From NCBI GenBank assembly GCA_029912145.1, contig GCA_029912145.1_4350.1: a stretch of DNA of 44,747 bases; one strand, given 5' to 3'. Positions 9,209-18,096 of this stretch are shown here, piece by piece. Position 1 is the first letter of the stretch. Each line of letters opens with the position of its first letter. The stretch is from Escherichia coli (GTDB lineage: Bacteria; Pseudomonadota; Gammaproteobacteria; Enterobacterales; Enterobacteriaceae). Both the position numbers and the translations under genes were made by a program. Below the pieces are notes generated by a model, which was not told where the DNA came from, did no database searches, and saw only the letters and a list, made by a program, of their open reading frames with translations.

Positions 9209-9427
9209 ATAAAATTTTGCAATAGGGATTATGTTCTCGAAATTAAGCATATTGGCCGGTTCGAACTCATCCTCTACAGGGTAGTATCGCATCATGGTAC
9301 CGTTCAAGAACGTGAACGATTCCGAGTGTAGATACCCATCCCAGTGCCATACCATCAAAAAATCTTTATCAGTCGGCATTTCATTTACTTGAATCATTCT
9401 AAATCCTCCTCTGTAACTTGATTCCAC
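9194..9427 (-). CDS. Hypothetical protein (77 aa)
   Basis: ORF in the operon, contiguous with flanking genes. Confidence 0.5.
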   Translation of the reverse strand: MESSYRGGFRMIQVNEMPTDKDFLMVWHWDGYLHSESFTFLNGTMMRYYPVEDEFEPANMLNFENIIPIAKFYLTPE

Positions 9428-10635
9428 TCAGGACGTTTGTCATCCGCCGTTGCGACGCATGGCGCACCGGGCTTACGGGTAATGAAGTCTTTCAGTTCTT
9501 CTTCCGGTACAATTTTAACCGCTTCGGTCGGTGTCATAAGAACTACCTTTTGCAGCATAGTACCGTACTTCTCGAATACTGCATCGGTATCTTTCCACGC
9601 ACGATTACCCGGGCGTCCTTCAACCAGTTTATACCCCGGCACTTTCTTACCGGAATGTAACGCAGCAGCCATAGCTTTCTCAACCTTGTCGATGTGCTGG
9701 CGCAACAACGGCAACTTCTCATACTCAGCTACGAGTTGCTCTGGCGTAAGCTCAAGTGCAAAGTCGTCCTCCAGTTCTTCCGCCAGCCCCGCGTTAACGG
9801 TTTTTGTACGCGCTGCGCATTGTTCAGAGAACCGACACCACTGACAACCATCTACCGACGGCTTGAAGTCCGACGCTTTCAGGTTCTTTTTACCCCGGAA
9901 ATAGGCATCAAGAGCCAACAGCGCCCGTTTCTGTGCAAACTTAGCGAACAGTTCCAGACCTTCAACCGAGATGTCCCACTCCGATGCACCGCCAGCGTAC
10001 GGCTGGAAGATGACCAGTCGAACGGTTGTTATGCTATAACGTCTCTTGAGTCGGCGATAAACGCCGAGAGCATAAAGCATAAGCTGCTTGTTTTCTTTCG
10101 CTTCGACACGATGCCGCCCGGTTTTCAGGTCGCAGATGATAAGCATGTGTTCGTCGGTGTTAGCCAGTTCCTGTATGGCAACAAGGTCAGCAGTTCCGAA
10201 CGTCTCAACGCCTTCATACCCCGGATGCAATACCTCAGTAAGATTAACACGCATTTCCAGCTTGGCGTAAGTCGCTATATCGATAATCGCCTTGCAGTAG
10301 TCGGTGTACTTGCGCACCTGCTCAATCATGTCCGCCGTAATCAGTACCGCGCCTTTCATCGGGCTGATTAGTGCCTTAATCTGGCCTTTGCCTTCATCCA
10401 GCACGTAAGCACCGACTTCACGCTCTAACGGCAGCGCAGTTCCGCGAATATAAGCGTTGAGATGGACCTCAGCTATGGTGTGCATTGCCGTGCCTAATAC
10501 AGCGGCTTTACCTGACGTGTTAGGGATATCTTTTTCACAGGCCAGTGATGCCGCGCAACTTAGCCACTTTTTAGCCCCTGACGGCGACAGTAAGGCATGT
10601 ACATCGTTATTGCCGCCGCGTTCTTTAAGAATCAT
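9394..10635 (-). CDS. PD-(D/E)XK nuclease, DUF2800 / Cas4-like exonuclease with C-terminal Cys cluster
   Basis: DLKTGRH...E.K nuclease core and C-terminal CQWCRFSEQC cysteine cluster; 413 aa. Confidence 0.75.
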   Translation of the reverse strand: MILKERGGNNDVHALLSPSGAKKWLSCAASLACEKDIPNTSGKAAVLGTAMHTIAEVHLNAYIRGTALPLEREVGAYVLDEGKGQIKALISPMKGAVLITADMIEQVRKYTDYCKAIIDIATYAKLEMRVNLTEVLHPGYEGVETFGTADLVAIQELANTDEHMLIICDLKTGRHRVEAKENKQLMLYALGVYRRLKRRYSITTVRLVIFQPYAGGASEWDISVEGLELFAKFAQKRALLALDAYFRGKKNLKASDFKPSVDGCQWCRFSEQCAARTKTVNAGLAEELEDDFALELTPEQLVAEYEKLPLLRQHIDKVEKAMAAALHSGKKVPGYKLVEGRPGNRAWKDTDAVFEKYGTMLQKVVLMTPTEAVKIVPEEELKDFITRKPGAPCVATADDKRPEWNQVTEEDLE

Positions 10636-10994
10636 CGTAAACGCTCCAAATACAAGTTTAATGCCTGTAACTGTTCTTCTGTAGGAATGAAAGAATCATC
10701 GCGATGTAAGTCGCTTAACTGTTGCAACATTCCTGCGAACTGACGTCTTGCGTCAACAGCGTCCATGTGATGCTTTTCACTTTTATATATTAATGTTTTC
10801 GGGTAATCCTCAAGCCTGCCAGACGATTTATTCACGCGGAGCGCACGAGCTTCATGCACAATGTGAATGTACTTTTTGCCGTTTTGTAACACAGTAGCTA
10901 CGCCGCTGCTCTTTCTGCGGTCGCCGACTGTGTAAACCTTGTCGCCACTACGCAGATTAAGCCACCATTTATCGGTCATACCCTGTTCTCCCAC
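10632..10994 (-). CDS. Hypothetical protein (120 aa)
   Basis: ORF with 4 bp overlap to the downstream gene. Confidence 0.5.
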   Translation of the reverse strand: MGEQGMTDKWWLNLRSGDKVYTVGDRRKSSGVATVLQNGKKYIHIVHEARALRVNKSSGRLEDYPKTLIYKSEKHHMDAVDARRQFAGMLQQLSDLHRDDSFIPTEEQLQALNLYLERLR

Positions 10995-11248
10995 TGGTCA
11001 ATTAAATGTCGTGTCTGGTGCTGGCAGTGCATGGCCCAGCTATACATCGACTCGAAGACATAAAAGTCAGGCTTGGCAAAAGTCGTGCGCTTAATCTGCG
11101 ACACGTGACGGCCTATATCTTTGGGCCTGGGTACTTTGCCTAAGTACGCCATCTCTTCCATCTGGTGCGCACCGGAAGGAGCGCGCAATAGCCATAGAGC
11201 CTCCGTGTTATCCCGTCGGTCAATACCTCGGTAGAGTTGGTAAATCAT
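10976..11248 (-). CDS. Hypothetical protein (90 aa)
   Basis: ORF in operon context. Confidence 0.45.
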   Translation of the reverse strand: MIYQLYRGIDRRDNTEALWLLRAPSGAHQMEEMAYLGKVPRPKDIGRHVSQIKRTTFAKPDFYVFESMYSWAMHCQHQTRHLIDQWENRV

Positions 11249-11290
11249 ATTACGACCCTCTGTTAAAGCAGCCAGAAGGCCGCGGGATAG

Positions 11291-11794
11291 TTATTCTTCT
11301 TCGAAATACTTGTTCTTAATCGCCGTCAGGCGTTTCAGGTATTCAGCCAGGTCTTCGTCTTTAATCGCGGCAATCTTCATTTTCTTACCGGTGAACTCCT
11401 CCAGCAGTTCATCGGAATCGTCGCACGCAGCATCGCTAGGACCTTCGTTAATTGCATCGTCGATAGCCTGAATCTGGTCACGAAGAGACTGGTAATCGAC
11501 CTCTTCTTTCTCTTCTTCTGGTTCTGGAGTCGGCTCCTCTACTTTAGCTTTACGCGGCTTGCGTTTCGGCTTCTCTTCTTCTTCTGCTGGTTTAGCGTCA
11601 ACGATGTCTTCACCTTCAACAGGGATTTCTTTTGTTGCTTCTTTTTCGCACTCAGCTACCGCTTCTTTGGTATACACTACCGTCTCTACTTCTAACGGCG
11701 CTGCAACTTGTGCTGACTGTTTCGCACTGTTCGCAGCAATCAGTTCATGTGCAACTACGAAACGTTCCAGTAATTTTAAGAATTGTTCTAACAT
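11291..11794 (-). CDS. Highly acidic protein with a short basic patch (167 aa)
   Basis: Runs of Glu/Asp (EEEKPKRKPRKAKVEEPTPEPEEEKEE, DDSDELLEE). Confidence 0.5.
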   Translation of the reverse strand: MLEQFLKLLERFVVAHELIAANSAKQSAQVAAPLEVETVVYTKEAVAECEKEATKEIPVEGEDIVDAKPAEEEEKPKRKPRKAKVEEPTPEPEEEKEEVDYQSLRDQIQAIDDAINEGPSDAACDDSDELLEEFTGKKMKIAAIKDEDLAEYLKRLTAIKNKYFEEE

Positions 11795-11816
11795 TTGTTT
11801 CTCCTGTTTATTTAGG

Positions 11817-12044
11817 TTACTCGCCGTCGCCTTCTGTAAGGCTATCGTCTATTAATTCAAATTTACCGTTTGAGTGTTGGATAGCTTCTTGCCCGCAATG
11901 GTCGCAAACCACCAGTTTATCGAATCCGTCAAACTCGTCCCCGACTACGCAAGAAAGTACAAATTTATGTTTTGTACATACTTCTTGATGTTCACCGAAA
12001 ATTACCCGGAAACATTTAGTTATAGCTCCAGTGATTATGTTCAT
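11817..12044 (-). CDS. Small Cys-rich protein (75 aa), first gene of the leftward operon
   Basis: ATG at 12044 downstream of the leftward promoter; CDHC and C..C pairs suggest a zinc ribbon. Confidence 0.5.
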   Translation of the reverse strand: MNIITGAITKCFRVIFGEHQEVCTKHKFVLSCVVGDEFDGFDKLVVCDHCGQEAIQHSNGKFELIDDSLTEGDGE

Positions 12045-12072
12045 ATCTTCACCTCTCGTTTGGTATGGGCTA

Positions 12073-12102
12073 ACTATAATAGCGAACTATTCATGATGTC
12101 AA
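12073..12102 (-). promoter_or_regulatory. Sigma70-like leftward promoter: -35 TTGACA, 18 bp spacer, -10 TATAGT, dyad AATAG-CGAA-CTATT in the spacer
   Basis: Read directly in the divergent intergenic region 12045-12166. Confidence 0.55.
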
Positions 12103-12106
12103 TGGG

Positions 12107-12135
12107 CTTTTCTAAAATAATTAATATGGTACTAT
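12107..12135 (+). promoter_or_regulatory. Candidate rightward promoter for the HTH gene: -10 TACTAT preceded by AATAT-GGTA-CTATT half-dyad, weak -35
   Basis: Back-to-back with the leftward promoter; -35 is poor, suggesting regulated expression. Confidence 0.35.
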
Positions 12136-12166
12136 TCACACATCAACTGACTAAGGAGTAATTGAC

Positions 12167-12382
12167 ATGCAACCATCCGAACTAGGCATCCGTGTAGAGC
12201 AACGCCGTAAAGAACTCGGCATCTCCCAGCGCCGTCTGGCGGTCCTGACCGGCGTTTCCCAGGGCGCAATTAACCAGCTGGCTCTCGGTGTAACTCAGGA
12301 CGTCCGCCCGGCAACGTTGTTTAAACTGGCGGAAGTGCTGGAAGTAGACGCTAAGTGGCTGGCGTTCGGTGAAGGGGCTTGA
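12167..12382 (+). CDS. XRE-family helix-turn-helix transcriptional regulator (Cro/CI-like), 71 aa
   Basis: HTH segment ISQRRLAVLTGVSQGAINQL; RBS AAGGAG before the ATG; divergent from the leftward operon. Confidence 0.85.
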   Translation: MQPSELGIRVEQRRKELGISQRRLAVLTGVSQGAINQLALGVTQDVRPATLFKLAEVLEVDAKWLAFGEGA

Positions 12383-12398
12383 CGCCCCTTTCTTTTTA
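12374..12398 (+). terminator. Rho-independent terminator after the HTH gene (GGGGC-TTGA-CGCCCC followed by TTTCTTTTT)
   Basis: Stem-loop plus T tract overlapping the stop codon. Confidence 0.6.
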
Positions 12399-12593
12399 TT
12401 GCACCTTTATCGGGTATCTTTTGCGAAACTTACCTAACCCGCAGTACACGCTGTAAGCCTCTGTGTAACTGAACACAACATGATACCCGCGCCCATAAGG
12501 AACTACGTTAAGAACTTCTACTACTTCGCCTCTGTGGTTGGTGTATTTATTACCTTTCAGTTCGTCGCTTACTTCTTTAAATTTACCGCTCAT
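12396..12593 (-). CDS. Hypothetical protein (65 aa)
   Basis: ORF overlapping the end of the primase-helicase gene by 4 bp. Confidence 0.4.
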   Translation of the reverse strand: MSGKFKEVSDELKGNKYTNHRGEVVEVLNVVPYGRGYHVVFSYTEAYSVYCGLGKFRKRYPIKVQ

Positions 12594-14857
12594 TCCAAAT
12601 CCTCCTCTGTCACTGTCAACATTTCATTCGGTTCGTATATTGTCTTTGGAATCTTGTTATCAGTTATTCTGGTGTTCAGCCTGTAACGACCTGGGATTAT
12701 CTGATTGTTTTCGTCAGTACCCGGAACAAGATACCCGGCCTCAACCATTTTCTTAATCTTCCCGCGTTCTATGGCTTCTTTGGAGTTAAACGCCTTTGCG
12801 TTGGGGTCTGACTGTGCGAGCTTATTCGCCGCGGCGACTGTGATGCCTTCGTTGCCGTTGTAGGTTCCTTCCGCCAGTTCAAACGCCGCGAGTATCGTGG
12901 CCTCCGAACTGTTGACGGCGTTCTCTACGGTTTTACGTACATTTTCTTTACCTTCTTTCGTCAACCCTTCTTCCCGCTCTTTCTCCTCGTCAGTTTTGAA
13001 CGGCTCGAAACCCCACGGCATCAACACAAGCGCCTTGTGTGGTTCAGGCAGGTCCAGGTTTACGATTGTGCCGTATTCCTCTGTGCTACCCAGGAACTCA
13101 ACCGCTCGGTATTCTTTAGGTGGCGGCGCTTCACGGAACTGTACCGACTCCAGCACCATGCCAACCGTCTTCTGCTGAGGCCCGTGCTTGAATTTCGAGT
13201 GATATACGTTTATCTGACGGTCGGTTGCACGTTCGATTGTCAGTTCCACATCAACACCCGCATACAGCGCCCCACTGCCGCGTGCTTTCTTTCCACCCTT
13301 CGGCGTATGGTGGACAACGCCTACTGCGGCTTTAGTTGCATCGCGTACTTCTTTCAGAATGGCGATAACTTTACCCATGCCGATTGCTGTTGATGAACTG
13401 TTCTCGTCGAACTTATCAATCGTCAGTGCCAGGGTCTGGTTAAGGGTGTCGAACGCAACCATGCCAATTGGCTCGTCGCCAGCAGTTTCGCGCATTAACT
13501 TAATCAGGCTTTTAAGTTTGCCGACTTCGCCCATATCGATGACATGTACATAATCTTTACCTTCCTCGCCGTATTTAGCCGCGAGCGCATCAATACGTGT
13601 ACGTGTGGCTGCCCCACCCTCGCCGTCGATATAGAAATGGTGACAACGCTGGGTGTCAGCCCCTGCAAACCGGTATCCGGCGGCGCTCAGGTACATCATC
13701 CCCAGCGTATAGAATGATTTGTACGTGCCCGATTCTCCGACGATACCCCAGATACAATCCGACGGCATGTACCCCTCAACGACGAAATCAGCCTTTACCG
13801 GCTCCGGTAACTCGTCCTCCTCTGAGTCCTCGTCGTCTTCCAGGTCGTCGAGGCTGCATGAGACAGATTCACGCGCCCCCCAACCGATGGCCTCTGCGAC
13901 TTCACTGAACGGCAGCCCGGTCGCATCGCACGCGTACTTCCACACCTCTTTCGGTGACAGGCCTTCTGTCGCCGTAATGTCTGTGTCGTGAATCATGGTT
14001 ACGTTTGGCGCTTCATACCCCTCGCGCGGGAAGCACAGCAGGAAGTCGTCCGGGCGCGGTGTCGGGTCGCTGTAGTTTTCGGCATGTTCCGGTGTGGCTG
14101 GCATCTTAAGGCCGCGCGGCGTCATGACGCCGCCGTACTCAAACGCCAGTGCTTCAAACGCGTCTGTAAACGCGGTGCGCAGTTCTTCCGGTATCTGGTA
14201 ATCCGATGCGCTGCTAACGTCAACGGCTGGGATGCCTTCCAGTAACTCGTTCGGGTCGATCAGGTCGTTGCGGCGCGACCAGATAACGGTAGCGCCGACC
14301 GGCGGCAGGTACATCGGCTGCGACAGAGTGAACCCGCTGCGGTCCGCACCCATGCCTTTGAAGAAGTGCTCCAGCAACCCATGACGAACACGGATGATAT
14401 CACCACCCTCAACTGGGCGGGCCAGCGGCATGACGACGCGAAAGCGAGGCGACTCATCGGTATGTGATGCCGTGGTGTAGAGACACATCGCCCGGCGGCT
14501 GCGATTAACCAGGCGCACCGCTTCCTGGTACTCTTCCGGTGTTGCACTGTCGAAGTCCAGATACGCCAGCGACGATTTGCTCACAGACGCGTCACAGCGA
14601 TAGAAGAAGCCTTTACGCGCTTGTTTAAAGCCACCGGTTTCCGGGTCTTTTACGGTGCTGTGTGTAGAATCGCACGCGGCCGTGATATAACCGGGCGCAG
14701 TCTTGGGGTTAATCCCGTCACGAACGGCATCGAGCGGCTGGATTAACTCTTTCAGGTCGTCCAGTGTTGCCGTGTGTGCGGTTCTGACATTTATATCCTT
14801 TTTCCCCGCCCGCGCGTTGCGGCGTGACCACGAGTAGGATAAAATTACATCGGACAT
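12590..14857 (-). CDS. DNA primase / replicative helicase (primase-polymerase-like N-terminus, RecA/DnaB-like P-loop domain)
   Basis: 755 aa; Walker A GESGTYKSF, downstream VHHTPKG motif, acidic linker; N-terminal domain consistent with D5/VirE-type primases. Confidence 0.75.
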   Translation of the reverse strand: MSDVILSYSWSRRNARAGKKDINVRTAHTATLDDLKELIQPLDAVRDGINPKTAPGYITAACDSTHSTVKDPETGGFKQARKGFFYRCDASVSKSSLAYLDFDSATPEEYQEAVRLVNRSRRAMCLYTTASHTDESPRFRVVMPLARPVEGGDIIRVRHGLLEHFFKGMGADRSGFTLSQPMYLPPVGATVIWSRRNDLIDPNELLEGIPAVDVSSASDYQIPEELRTAFTDAFEALAFEYGGVMTPRGLKMPATPEHAENYSDPTPRPDDFLLCFPREGYEAPNVTMIHDTDITATEGLSPKEVWKYACDATGLPFSEVAEAIGWGARESVSCSLDDLEDDEDSEEDELPEPVKADFVVEGYMPSDCIWGIVGESGTYKSFYTLGMMYLSAAGYRFAGADTQRCHHFYIDGEGGAATRTRIDALAAKYGEEGKDYVHVIDMGEVGKLKSLIKLMRETAGDEPIGMVAFDTLNQTLALTIDKFDENSSSTAIGMGKVIAILKEVRDATKAAVGVVHHTPKGGKKARGSGALYAGVDVELTIERATDRQINVYHSKFKHGPQQKTVGMVLESVQFREAPPPKEYRAVEFLGSTEEYGTIVNLDLPEPHKALVLMPWGFEPFKTDEEKEREEGLTKEGKENVRKTVENAVNSSEATILAAFELAEGTYNGNEGITVAAANKLAQSDPNAKAFNSKEAIERGKIKKMVEAGYLVPGTDENNQIIPGRYRLNTRITDNKIPKTIYEPNEMLTVTEEDLE

Positions 14858-14915
14858 GTTGTATTTCCTTCAGCAAGTAATTTGGCCTCGGCGTTCACCG
14901 CGTCGGGGCTTTCTT

Positions 14916-15149
14916 TTATTCCAGGTCTTCTAAAGTAGCGGTCATTCCGCGAACTTCAGCAAAGGCACTATATTTCCCGCCAACATTTTTCACGACGCCA
15001 GATTTAACCAGCACTTTTAACGACCCTTCAATAATGACGGAGCTATAGTACTTAAAATAACTGCGGCGCAAGTCGATAACGCTGCACGACCCTTTTTTAC
15101 GTGTCAACGAAACGACCGCCGTAAATACGCGTGACTGAAACTCGGTCAT
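14916..15149 (-). CDS. Hypothetical protein (77 aa)
   Basis: ORF following the HTH gene in the leftward operon. Confidence 0.45.
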   Translation of the reverse strand: MTEFQSRVFTAVVSLTRKKGSCSVIDLRRSYFKYYSSVIIEGSLKVLVKSGVVKNVGGKYSAFAEVRGMTATLEDLE

Positions 15150-15349
15150 TTCACGTTCTCCTTAATCCACGCTTCCACTTTCTCCGGGTCGAACGTACCG
15201 GGCTGCCGGCGACCCATAATGCGGATACAACAATCAGGGAACCTCCCACTCTTTAACCAGTTATTAAGCGTGCGGCGAGTAACCCCGATACGCTCAGCTA
15301 CTTCATTCTGTGTCATTCTCAAACCCTCATTATCAGTTAACGAAACCAA
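15146..15349 (-). CDS. Helix-turn-helix DNA-binding protein (AlpA/excisionase-like or MerR-like)
   Basis: HTH segment EVAERIGVTRRTLNNWLKSG; true start may be the internal Met (about 15316). Confidence 0.6.
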   Translation of the reverse strand: MVSLTDNEGLRMTQNEVAERIGVTRRTLNNWLKSGRFPDCCIRIMGRRQPGTFDPEKVEAWIKENVK

Positions 15350-15752
15350 GTATACATTGCGAATAATGGGAAATCAAACATAATCGCACCTATTGACATT
15401 ATGAAAATCTTCGTTTAAGGTGCTTCTATATCTTAGTTACTTTGATTCCTGTTCACCTTGTAATACCCGCTTGAAACGCAGCGGCGCCAAAGCGCCAGCG
15501 AAGTGTTAAGCGGCAGATTACTGAACATAAGAATTACCGTAACTTTCCTTCCGTAGTATCTCTGGTTGCCCTGGGCAAGTTCTATTCTCATCGGCAGCAT
15601 ATCTCTTAAGTATATGATAATTAAAAGTTTCTATAGTTGCCGTGAGCAATGTTGAGAGTACTTCACTCCGCTGGGGTGGGCTAACGCCCACCCACTGCGT
15701 TGCGTACTCTTTTAAGAAACGAAAGAATCACAGCGGCAACGTAACTATTCTC

Positions 15753-15781
15753 TTGCACACCCCAACATAATAGGGTACTAT
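15753..15781 (+). promoter_or_regulatory. Early-type promoter: -35 TTGCAC, 17 bp spacer, -10 TACTAT(TCA), with dyad AATAG-GGTA-CTATT
   Basis: Read directly, about 30 bp upstream of the first rightward gene. Confidence 0.6.
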
Positions 15782-15815
15782 TCACTTATCGAAACGAGAC
15801 AGAGGAGTGAGGGTT

Positions 15816-16007
15816 ATGTTTAAGAAGGGTCAGTTGGTTAAAACTAAACGCGGAGGGCAATATGTATTAGTGTTGCAGGACGAGAGCGAGTATGACGAGG
15901 ATAATCTGGTTGACGTATGGGGTCTGGTAAGAAAGAAAACTGGGTTCGCCTCACGCGATAATTTAGAACTCATCGGCAACAATTTTAAATTCAAAGGGGC
16001 GAAGTGA
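15816..16007 (+). CDS. Hypothetical early protein (about 63 aa)
   Basis: ATG at 15816 with RBS GAGGAG upstream; first gene after the promoter. Confidence 0.55.
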   Translation: MFKKGQLVKTKRGGQYVLVLQDESEYDEDNLVDVWGLVRKKTGFASRDNLELIGNNFKFKGAK

Positions 16008-16222
16008 TGATTAAGGTGGAGATTAAATCGAAAGAGACAAAACAAACTGTAGCCAGTAAAGAATTCAACAGTGAATCCGAAATAGGTCCCTGGTTAAAAC
16101 AGTACGTACATTTGCAGACGGTTTATATCATTCTGACGAAGGCAAGTGGCGTTACCGTTTTACTAGAACCGGCATCGAATAATGATGCTTGTGCCGACGA
16201 CTCTGAGGGAGGTTGCCGTTAA
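16004..16222 (+). CDS. Hypothetical early protein (72 aa)
   Basis: ATGA overlap with the upstream gene. Confidence 0.5.
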   Translation: MMIKVEIKSKETKQTVASKEFNSESEIGPWLKQYVHLQTVYIILTKASGVTVLLEPASNNDACADDSEGGCR

Positions 16223-16531
16223 TGAAAATTCGAATAACTGACCGCAGGCTTATAGATTTCGGTATCTCGGTAGGTGATGTTTTTCTGGCGTTCAGCAGCA
16301 ACCATTATGGTTTTATGATTGAGTACAAAGGGTCATTATTGTTCGTGTATCGGGATGAATGCGAGGTTCTGGTATGAGAGAAGCATTCGAACGGGGGGCC
16401 ATCGTCGAGGGTCTGCCGGTTAATAAGGGTTCGAAGAAAGAGTACCTGAACGTTAAGACGAGTCTCGCGTGGCGGGCGTGGAAAGCTGGTGCGAATGTAA
16501 TGGCTGGCGCATTTGAGAAGAGAGGCGATTT

Positions 16532-16717
16532 ATGAGCAAGTGGATTAAGTGTAGTGAGCGGATGCCGGAGCCTTATGAATACGTTCTTGTAACTGATTGT
16601 TTTGTTGGCTGTGAGGTTATGCGTGTTAATTCAGATGGCTACTGGGGGCCTGCAAAGAGTTTATATCACGGTGATATAACGCACTGGATGCCGTTACCTG
16701 AGCCGCCGGAGGTGTGA
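16532..16717 (+). CDS. Small phage protein, DUF551-like (61 aa)
   Basis: W.PLPEPP C-terminal motif characteristic of DUF551-type phage proteins. Confidence 0.5.
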   Translation: MSKWIKCSERMPEPYEYVLVTDCFVGCEVMRVNSDGYWGPAKSLYHGDITHWMPLPEPPEV

Positions 16718-16750
16718 TGTTCAATAGTTTGGGATTTTACTGAGTGACTT

Positions 16751-16790
16751 ACGCTGCTGTGTAGCAGCGTATCATTTTTCTCATTTTTGT
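16751..16790 (+). terminator. Rho-independent terminator (ACGCTGCT-GTGT-AGCAGCGT followed by a T-rich tract)
   Basis: Perfect 8 bp stem with T tracts downstream. Confidence 0.6.
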
Positions 16791-16864
16791 TCTATTTCAC
16801 CAAACGCAACAATCGAAGCGACTATTGCAGGAGATGCAACAACACAAACACCAATAAAATTTAC

Positions 16865-16893
16865 TTGCACACTAAGATAGAATAGGCTACTAT
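16865..16893 (+). promoter_or_regulatory. Early-type promoter: -35 TTGCAC, 17 bp spacer, -10 TACTAT(TCA), dyad AATAG-GCTA-CTATT
   Basis: Same architecture as the 15753 site; follows the terminator. Confidence 0.6.
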
Positions 16894-17226
16894 TCATTTA
16901 CACAAACTAGAGGAGAGACAGAGGATGAAAGATTATAGCGAAGTGACTTTAGGCGAGTTGCAGGACGAGTATGAAGATATGCTCTACCCGTTCATCTGCG
17001 ACGGAGATTACAACGGCGTCTATAACGGAGTGAGTGAAGAATATGAATACTAAAAACGAGCATTTGATTAAAGTTACCCCGGTATGGTCGGCGTGGGTTA
17101 TCGCCCCGACGGAAAGCACGTACCGAAATTTGTGTTCACTGATGAGAAAGTTGCGCGTGAGTGGCTTCGTGCAGGCAAGAAAGGTGAACGCGGCGTCATG
17201 AAGGTTGGGTTAGTAGGAGACGTAGT

Positions 17227-17691
17227 ATGAGTAACAAAAACGAAGTATTCGAGTACCTGATTGACCAGCTACGGCAGCAGGTAAATAACAACCAGTGCGA
17301 AGACCTGGCGCACGAGGTGCAGTCACTTAAGAATCAGTTACGTGACGCGTTGGAGCTGGTGGCTGAGTTACAGAGCGAGTTACAACATCAGATTGACCTG
17401 GCGGCAGGCGTGTATAGATGGTCTACCGCGCATTTCGACGAGAAAGGTAAAGTCTTCAAGGTCGAGAGTGGGGTTAAGACAGAGCAATCCGGTTGCCGGA
17501 AGGAAGATACCCAGGGATGCGAGCATGATTGGGTGCTAGATGAAAAAGGGGACTACTTCATTTGCGCTAAATGCGGTAAGCAAGAATCGGAATTGAGCGA
17601 TTGCCAACACGCTAATACCGTCGGTTTGCGCAAAGGCTTTGCGCCGGGTTTTACTAAAAAGTGTCTTGATTGCGGGGCTAAACTGAAATGA
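17227..17691 (+). CDS. Coiled-coil protein with C-terminal Cys-rich zinc-finger-like region (154 aa)
   Basis: N-terminal heptad-like region; CEHDW...CAKCGK...CLDCG cysteine pairs. Confidence 0.55.
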   Translation: MSNKNEVFEYLIDQLRQQVNNNQCEDLAHEVQSLKNQLRDALELVAELQSELQHQIDLAAGVYRWSTAHFDEKGKVFKVESGVKTEQSGCRKEDTQGCEHDWVLDEKGDYFICAKCGKQESELSDCQHANTVGLRKGFAPGFTKKCLDCGAKLK

Positions 17692-17892
17692 CCAGCATCT
17701 TATTTATCTGGGTACTGTCCGCAGGCCAGATGCACCTGGCGGCATCATAAACGTTTTACTCGATGGAGGCGTGCCAGTCAGCGGCACGCGCCGCTGAGAA
17801 CGCGCACTTTCTGTTTCAGGGTGACAAGCCCAACGATTCAGAGGTACGCGCTATCTGCTCACCTAAGCGACTTGGAAAACAGGAGAAATAAC

Positions 17893-18096
17893 ATGGTACA
17901 GAGATATTCTAAGTATGGGTCCGACAACCATTTCATTGACCGCCACGGGAAGTGGGTTAAGTTTGAGGACTACCAGAATCTTGACCTAAAGCTGTTGGAA
18001 GTTGAAGCCGAGTTACAGAAATACAAGGACCAGTTCCCGGATTACGTCGAGTGCGCGAACTGTGGGTCAGTTACACATGTGGGAGGGGTGGAGTGA
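17893..18096 (+). CDS. Small protein, paralog A (67 aa)
   Basis: ATG at 17893 with RBS AGGAGA; similar in sequence to the next gene. Confidence 0.5.
   Translation: MVQRYSKYGSDNHFIDRHGKWVKFEDYQNLDLKLLEVEAELQKYKDQFPDYVECANCGSVTHVGGVE

Noticed and set aside
9437-10371. Plus-strand ORFs 9437-9844 and 9694-10371 antisense to the DUF2800-like nuclease gene
   Set aside because: Antisense to a motif-bearing gene, Ser/Cys-rich compositions, no RBS; treated as spurious.
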